From a virus (lineage: Duplodnaviria > Caudoviricetes), in the IMG/VR virus record IMGVR_UViG_3300017779_000100, positions 1-29,190 of that record: a DNA stretch of 29,190 nt; one strand, 5' to 3'. Position numbers and translations under genes: made by a program. Shown in pieces: positions 24,745-29,190 of this stretch; within the stretch, counting starts at the first letter, position 1; every line of letters starts with the position of its first letter. The notes under the pieces are model-generated. The model did no database searches. It saw only the letters and a list, made by a program, of their open reading frames with translations, and was not told the DNA's origin.

Positions 24745-25227
24745 ATGATAGATCCAGTAACAGCACTAGCTACTGCTTCAGCTGCATTTACAACTATCAA
24801 AAAAGGTTTTCAGTTAGGTCGAGATATCGAAGGAATGGCTGGTGACCTAGGTCGTTGGATGGGTGCAGTTAGTGATATCAAAAAAGCTGAAGAAATGAGT
24901 CAAAAGCCTCCATTGTTTAAAAAGCTTTTTGCCGCAGGATCAGTAGAAGAGGAAGCACTACAAACACTTATGGCTAAAAAGAAAGCCGAAGATATGCGTG
25001 AGGAACTTAAAAAGCTTATCATGTTTAGTAGAGGTGTTGGTGCATGGGAAGAGTTATTAAAATCAGAAGGTGAGATTAGAAAGAAAAGACAAAAGGCAAT
25101 ATACGATCAAGAAGAACGAAGAAAAAAAGTTCTTGAGTGGATAGCAATTATTCTTTTAGTAGCAACCATCGTAGGATTTGTCGGATGGATTTTTTATATT
25201 TTCCTTGTGACTAGAGGTTATGTTTAG
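24745..25227 (+). CDS. Conserved phage protein with C-terminal TM helix
   Basis: MIDPVTALATASAAF...GRDIExMxxDLGRWM pattern familiar from marine phages; C-terminal hydrophobic stretch. Confidence 0.8.
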   Translation: MIDPVTALATASAAFTTIKKGFQLGRDIEGMAGDLGRWMGAVSDIKKAEEMSQKPPLFKKLFAAGSVEEEALQTLMAKKKAEDMREELKKLIMFSRGVGAWEELLKSEGEIRKKRQKAIYDQEERRKKVLEWIAIILLVATIVGFVGWIFYIFLVTRGYV

Positions 25228-25606
25228 AATCTTATTGGTTCTCTTGCTAAGTTTAATAGCATTACCTGTTTACGGAGAGAAGGATCGATACGGAAGAGAA
25301 ATTACGACGCCTAACATAATTCAATGTTTTTCTTGTTACCTTAAAAAATTTAGTGATTGGACATGGGAACAAGAAAAAAGATTAGGTAAGAGAGAAGACC
25401 CTAAATATGTAACTTGTAGAAGATTTAAGAGAAAAACCGCAAAGACCGGTGAGCAAGTTTGTGTATACAAAGGAGCTAATAATACGTACACTCTAGTTGT
25501 AGAAGGTCAATGTCCTAATGAATATCGGTGTAAGTATGATCCAAACGGTGAAGAGCCCAATATCGACGGCGTAGTAGATTCTTTAAATGATAGTTTTAAA
25601 AAATGA
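25220..25606 (+). CDS. Secreted Cys-rich protein
   Basis: Signal peptide; six Cys in mature region. Confidence 0.75.
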   Translation: MFRILLVLLLSLIALPVYGEKDRYGREITTPNIIQCFSCYLKKFSDWTWEQEKRLGKREDPKYVTCRRFKRKTAKTGEQVCVYKGANNTYTLVVEGQCPNEYRCKYDPNGEEPNIDGVVDSLNDSFKK

Positions 25607-25824
25607 CAGTAGAATTTGTGTACACATATAAAAATTACGGCCTCGAACTCGAAGGAGCTCAAGGCCGTTTTTTCGTCGATGGTAAGTTAATGTTTAAAGG
25701 TTTTGCTTCAATAGCTTTAGAAGAATACCTACGTCATGCACCTGAGGAGAAAAAAAGGTTTAAGATGCAATTAGTAGGTATTAACAATCGTCGCCATATG
25801 AGCCTAACAAACCTTTCGGCGTAG
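25603..25824 (+). CDS. Hypothetical protein
   Basis: ATGA-coupled; overlaps convergent minus-strand gene by 44 nt. Confidence 0.6.
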   Translation: MTVEFVYTYKNYGLELEGAQGRFFVDGKLMFKGFASIALEEYLRHAPEEKKRFKMQLVGINNRRHMSLTNLSA

Positions 25825-26164
25825 TATCAACTAAATCGTCTAATATTCTATCAGCAACTTTATCTGATATGCCATGCTCATCAATGAAATCTTTTTCATG
25901 AATATGTAATTGGATTATAGCGTAATGAAGTATTTTAAGTAGATCTTTCTTGTGATCATGACGATGGCCTTTTTTACCGTAACGCTGAGCGTACTTCATT
26001 ATATTACCAATACAAAAACCTGTACCATGACCAGAGTCAGTAATAAATTCAGTTGATTGAAATTTATTTTTTGAATAATGGCTGGTGTAAGTTTTATCGA
26101 TATGTCTTTTCAACAATTCGATTGACTTATCTTCATTAAATTTGTATTCTATATCAGTCTTCAT
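25781..26164 (-). CDS. DUF3310-like protein (T7 gp1.7-related nucleotide kinase-like family)
   Basis: SHY...GFCIGNIMKYAQRYGKK...DLLKILHY; likely start MKTDIEYKF (26164) behind GGAG/GGAT; track start 26197. Confidence 0.7.
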   Translation of the reverse strand: MKTDIEYKFNEDKSIELLKRHIDKTYTSHYSKNKFQSTEFITDSGHGTGFCIGNIMKYAQRYGKKGHRHDHKKDLLKILHYAIIQLHIHEKDFIDEHGISDKVADRILDDLVDTTPKGLLGSYGDDC

Positions 26165-26537
26165 AATATCCATATCTCCTATAAATGTATGCATCAATTA
26201 CTCTGGCGTTTTTCATTCCACCAACTAAAGTACCAAAACCATTTGGCTTGTATTTAACAGGACCTTTACTAGTTTTAGTCTTCATCTTTTTATATACCTC
26301 TCGGCCCTTATACTCAAGTCTCCACTTTTTAAAGGTACCACCACAATCATACTTCAACAAGTCTTTCACATCTTTATTCATCCATCTGACTACTTGCTTT
26401 ACTATGTCTAGTTGCTCCATATCTTCTGGATTTTCTTTGTCAAATCTACCAACGTATGATTCTGATATTCCGTTTGATCTATTAAAATTAATTCCCATTT
26501 TCTTTCTCCCAATCTTTAAGCCACTTTTCAGCAGCAT
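26154..26537 (-). CDS. Hypothetical protein (true start probably MGINF near 26498)
   Basis: ORF in packed operon. Confidence 0.65.
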   Translation of the reverse strand: MLLKSGLKIGRKKMGINFNRSNGISESYVGRFDKENPEDMEQLDIVKQVVRWMNKDVKDLLKYDCGGTFKKWRLEYKGREVYKKMKTKTSKGPVKYKPNGFGTLVGGMKNARVIDAYIYRRYGYYED

Positions 26538-26802
26538 CCATAATTAAATTTGTATAGTTCATTGTGTAGCCAGTACCAGCGGCTAAAGCTTCTTTCGAAA
26601 GCTTGTACTTATGAGGATGTTCAATATTATCCCATTCTTTTAGTATTCTTTTACATAGTGTATCGTAATCTGCATCGCTTAAGACATTCTTTTGTTTTTC
26701 ATAATACAAATAGCTTGACATGCAGTAGTATGACACCAAACGATTTGGATGTATTTCCTGTAGATCAGGATATACAGATGACATAAACTTAACTAAGTTC
26801 AT
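26488..26802 (-). CDS. Stand-alone NAD-dependent DNA ligase domain Ia-like protein
   Basis: YLYYEKQKNVLSDADYDTL matches LigA YY...(I/V)SDxEYDxL; followed by HPH; SD GGAGG. Confidence 0.75.
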   Translation of the reverse strand: MNLVKFMSSVYPDLQEIHPNRLVSYYCMSSYLYYEKQKNVLSDADYDTLCKRILKEWDNIEHPHKYKLSKEALAAGTGYTMNYTNLIMDAAEKWLKDWEKENGN

Positions 26803-26806
26803 TTGA

Positions 26807-26929
26807 TTAAACTCCTCCGCCTAAGTAGGCGATTAAGTACCACCAAGTCCATTGAGGACCAAATCCTATGTCCATCCAACCGAAGGCAAATACAGCTAAC
26901 ATGACGTATGTTAATCCTTCTCTAATCAT
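26807..26929 (-). CDS. Small Trp-rich membrane peptide (40 aa)
   Basis: Hand-translated MIREGLTYVMLAVFAFGWMDIGFGPQWTWWYLIAYLGGGV; ATGA overlap. Confidence 0.6.
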   Translation of the reverse strand: MIREGLTYVMLAVFAFGWMDIGFGPQWTWWYLIAYLGGGV

Positions 26930-27114
26930 GACATATCCACTGGAAAAGCGATGTCTATAAGATCAGTTGGCTCGATGTTAAGTTTAGCCATAATCTCATG
27001 TATTCTATCACTGATAGAAGCTTCGTTAGTAGTTGGCATCATGCCAGCCATGATCGCATTGTAATCTAACATAAGATCTTTAAGTTCTGCTTTTAATTCT
27101 GCTACGTTTATCAT
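26926..27114 (-). CDS. Hypothetical protein
   Basis: SD GAGGAG; TAATG coupling. Confidence 0.7.
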   Translation of the reverse strand: MINVAELKAELKDLMLDYNAIMAGMMPTTNEASISDRIHEIMAKLNIEPTDLIDIAFPVDMS

Positions 27115-27275
27115 TATACAGTCTCCTCAAGTTTTTCAAGAATAACGCTTAGTCTACCAATCTCAACTGAGAGAATATGCAAACCTTTTGCCTCGTTTTC
27201 TACATCCCAATCTAGTAGATTTTTTAGAGCTTCTCTTAATTTATCTTGATGCTGTTTTAATTCTGTGCTAGTCAT
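27114..27275 (-). CDS. Small hypothetical protein (53 aa)
   Basis: Hand-translated MTSTELKQHQDKLREALKNLLDWDVENE...LEETV; SD GAGGAG; first gene after promoter. Confidence 0.7.
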   Translation of the reverse strand: MTSTELKQHQDKLREALKNLLDWDVENEAKGLHILSVEIGRLSVILEKLEETV

Positions 27276-27306
27276 TTTTTCTCCTCGTTTTCTTTATTAT
27301 GGTACC

Positions 27307-27335
27307 ATCCTACCCCATAATGGTGAGAATGTACA
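27307..27335 (-). promoter_or_regulatory. Early promoter TGTACA-N17-TAGGAT with upstream A-tract
   Basis: -10 at 27307-27312, -35 at 27330-27335; conserved with 22430 and 28459 copies. Confidence 0.85.
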
Positions 27336-27398
27336 TGCTTTTTTTCACTTAAACGCATTTTTTTCTCATATGATAAAAAGTGTACCATTTATGTAACA

Positions 27399-27560
27399 CT
27401 AATCCATAAACGGTATTGTATTATCTCTTATCGCTATGTTTATTGTTCTAGCAACTTCTCTTGCTAGTTTTTCGTCTTTGTTCAATAGCAGGTGAGCAAA
27501 CTGTTTTCTATCAGCTTCTGTCATTCTTGTGAACATATCTACTAACATTTCCATATCCAT
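27399..27560 (-). CDS. Small hypothetical protein
   Basis: Likely start MDMEML (27560) with SD AAGGAG and TAATG coupling; track start 27605. Confidence 0.65.
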   Translation of the reverse strand: MDMEMLVDMFTRMTEADRKQFAHLLLNKDEKLAREVARTINIAIRDNTIPFMD

Positions 27561-27862
27561 TATGCAACTCCTTCTACTGTTAGTTTTGCTAGTGGTACAT
27601 TCCAATCAAATGAACCTGGAATAGCAACGATAGCCTTTGTTCGGTTGATCTTTTTAATCTTGCCAACATGCGGAGTAGCTCCACTTATTTTTGACCAGAA
27701 AGAAACCTTTTGACCAATTCTAAGTTTTATCTTGGCCTTTTTAGCTTCAAGCTGTTGTAAGTATTTGAATTGCGTTGCAATCCTCTCGTTTAAAATTTGT
27801 AAATCGTATTTATCAGTAGTCTGCGAAATCATAACTACCATATCTGCTAAATCTTTTCTCAT
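27560..27862 (-). CDS. Hypothetical protein with C-terminal SH3/KOW-like beta domain
   Basis: LRIGQKVSF...GKIKKINRTKAIV...WNVP; SD AAGGAG. Confidence 0.7.
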   Translation of the reverse strand: MRKDLADMVVMISQTTDKYDLQILNERIATQFKYLQQLEAKKAKIKLRIGQKVSFWSKISGATPHVGKIKKINRTKAIVAIPGSFDWNVPLAKLTVEGVA

Positions 27863-28032
27863 TATACATTTTCTCCTTTTAATGCTTCATTTATCTTATC
27901 ATTTTTTATTTCAAGTAATTCTCTTAATTGGTGATGAGCTAGTTCAAAGTCACCCTCACCCATCAGCTTTATGGCTCTTTTTACGAAGTCTGCTTCGCCA
28001 AATAAATTTCCTATGTGATCTTTTACTATCAT
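27862..28032 (-). CDS. Small hypothetical protein (56 aa)
   Basis: Hand-translated MIVKDHIGNLFGEADFVKRAIKLMGEGDFELAHHQLRELL...; TAATG coupling on both sides. Confidence 0.65.
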   Translation of the reverse strand: MIVKDHIGNLFGEADFVKRAIKLMGEGDFELAHHQLRELLEIKNDKINEALKGENV

Positions 28033-28427
28033 TACTTTATTCCTTGTTCTTTAGCAGCTTCTATTATTATTCGAGTTATAACTGGCTCGAGCTTTCTCTC
28101 AGCTTGATCAAACTGATTGTTAGTCATTCCGCCTCGTGTGTGAGGTGCCCAACCGAAGAAACCTTGAAAATGTGATCTTCTATTTCCAAGACCATTGTTA
28201 AAAAGATCGTGAACTAAGTTTGAAGCAACTCTAAACTTTTCGAGAGCTTTGTTCTTAGACATTGGCGATTCAACTCGACCTTGTAAAGGTATTAGGTCAT
28301 CAAGCTTATCTGAAAGTTCTTTGAAACCTTCATTAACAGCCCATGAAGACTTGAATAGATTTCCTTGAGCGTCACCTGTATATGGTGATTCCGCCATGAA
28401 TGTCATTGTTTGCTTAAGTGTTAACAT
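28032..28427 (-). CDS. Conserved phage hypothetical protein
   Basis: LIP..G...LEKFRxASNxxHDLFNNGLGN pattern; SD GGAG; first gene after promoter. Confidence 0.75.
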   Translation of the reverse strand: MLTLKQTMTFMAESPYTGDAQGNLFKSSWAVNEGFKELSDKLDDLIPLQGRVESPMSKNKALEKFRVASNLVHDLFNNGLGNRRSHFQGFFGWAPHTRGGMTNNQFDQAERKLEPVITRIIIEAAKEQGIK

Positions 28428-28458
28428 TTTTTCTCCGTTATTTTTTTATCTTGATACC

Positions 28459-28487
28459 ATCCTACCTCATATTATCATAGATGTACA
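28459..28487 (-). promoter_or_regulatory. Early promoter TGTACA-N17-TAGGAT
   Basis: -10 at 28459-28464, -35 at 28482-28487; GGTAGGATGGTA shared with 27302-27314. Confidence 0.85.
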
Positions 28488-28552
28488 TGCTTATTTTCGC
28501 TTTAAATGAAAATAAGTGCGTTTTATCTAAAAAATACGATAAAATGTGATAT

Positions 28553-28777
28553 TTATGTAACAGTTAATTTTGTGAAGTTTTTTGTAACACTTTGGGCCAT
28601 AATCATATTATATGCGCCGGCGTCTTCTTTTCGATTGTGTATTTCGAAAAGTTTTTTATGCTCCATAGCGTGTTCGTATGGAGTTAAGTAAACAAGGTTC
28701 GAAGCCTCGTCAGTACCACCTAAAAACTTAGGTACTTTGTGATGTCTATGATAGCCTTTTTTAGGTGGTAGTTCCAT
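28553..28777 (-). CDS. Minimal HNH endonuclease (Mob-type N-terminal domain only; possibly a remnant)
   Basis: HRHHKVPKFLGGTDEASNLVYLTPYEHAMEH; only 74 aa. Confidence 0.75.
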   Translation of the reverse strand: MELPPKKGYHRHHKVPKFLGGTDEASNLVYLTPYEHAMEHKKLFEIHNRKEDAGAYNMIMAQSVTKNFTKLTVT

Positions 28778-29190
28778 TATCTTATATTAGGGAATATTTC
28801 TTTTATCACTTTAGCACAAGCAAATGCAACCTGTTGATGTTCTTTTTGTGTTCCATTTGAAGATCTTAACTCAATAAAATGAATCCATGATCTTAACGTA
28901 CCATTCATGTATATTCTACTCATGGTTAAACCCTCTGGTAGTACAGATCTAGCTTGTTCTTTTGCAATACCATGTTCTACAGCCCATTTGTAGGTTTCTT
29001 TTGCTTTATCAATAATTTCTTGTTGTTTGATCTTCCATCCAGCAATAAGCCTTTGTTTTTCTGGATCCGTTTGAATAGATGCATCATGCTCGATATCAAC
29101 ACTATTTTGTCTATTTTCAGAATCTTGTAACCTACATTCTCGTGTTACGAATTCAAGTTCTTTTACAGGATCTGCATACCTTTGACTAAA
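28777..29190 (-). CDS. thyX: Flavin-dependent thymidylate synthase, 5' part outside window
   Basis: Hand-translated FSQRYADP...RLQDSENRQNS...KEQARSVLPEG...MNGTLRSWIHFIELRSSNGTQKEH; stop at 28777-28779. Confidence 0.93.
   Translation of the reverse strand, partial: FSQRYADPVKELEFVTRECRLQDSENRQNSVDIEHDASIQTDPEKQRLIAGWKIKQQEIIDKAKETYKWAVEHGIAKEQARSVLPEGLTMSRIYMNGTLRSWIHFIELRSSNGTQKEHQQVAFACAKVIKEIFPNIR

Noticed and set aside
22430-28487. Repeated intergenic sequences as CRISPR repeats or IS ends
   Set aside because: Dispersed and degenerate, with fixed -35/-10 spacing; better explained as promoters
1707-28691. Plus-strand ORFs in the track other than 24745-25824 (e.g. 2789..3178, 10570..10896, 17725..18120, 26185..26547, 27732..28175)
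   Set aside because: Antisense shadows of well-supported minus-strand genes; no SD or recognisable motifs
1-29190. tRNA/rRNA genes, alternative genetic code, or a bacterial chromosome origin
   Set aside because: No cloverleaf or rRNA-like segment seen; genes are uninterrupted in the standard code with TAA, TAG and TGA all used as stops; host-like genes are embedded among T4-like genes and promoters

Overview
AT-rich fragment of a large T4-like (myovirus-type) phage genome, probably marine and infecting an alphaproteobacterium (inferred from host-like pseudoazurin and BMP genes). Nearly all genes are on the minus strand. Reading in the direction of transcription (right to left): (1) 3' end of thyX and a short HNH gene; (2) an accessory region of small ORFs driven by a repeated sigma70-type promoter (T[G/T]TACA-N17-TATAAT/TAGGAT, 5 copies in the window), including DUF932, a cupin, a stand-alone ligase domain Ia protein, a BMP-family purine/nucleoside-binding protein, and three plus-strand genes; (3) after a strong terminator, a tightly coupled late gene block (about 20890 to 5572) opened by a T4 late promoter TATAAATA. 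Many of its proteins start with a T4 capsid-targeting-like peptide (M..F[KRT]x[FY]xxE) and include a PD-(D/E)xK-like nuclease, a His-rich ADP-ribosyltransferase-like protein, a KxDG ligase-like nucleotidyltransferase, a HIGH cytidylyltransferase and large modular basic proteins. The block ends in i-spanin, o-spanin and a class 3 lipase; (4) a nucleotide module: class II nrdJ, pseudoazurin, glutaredoxin, a zinc-ribbon protein, an ATP-grasp-like protein and a GIY-YIG endonuclease II-like gene. No tRNA, rRNA or CRISPR array was seen. All family assignments come from motif recognition by eye, without database searches.
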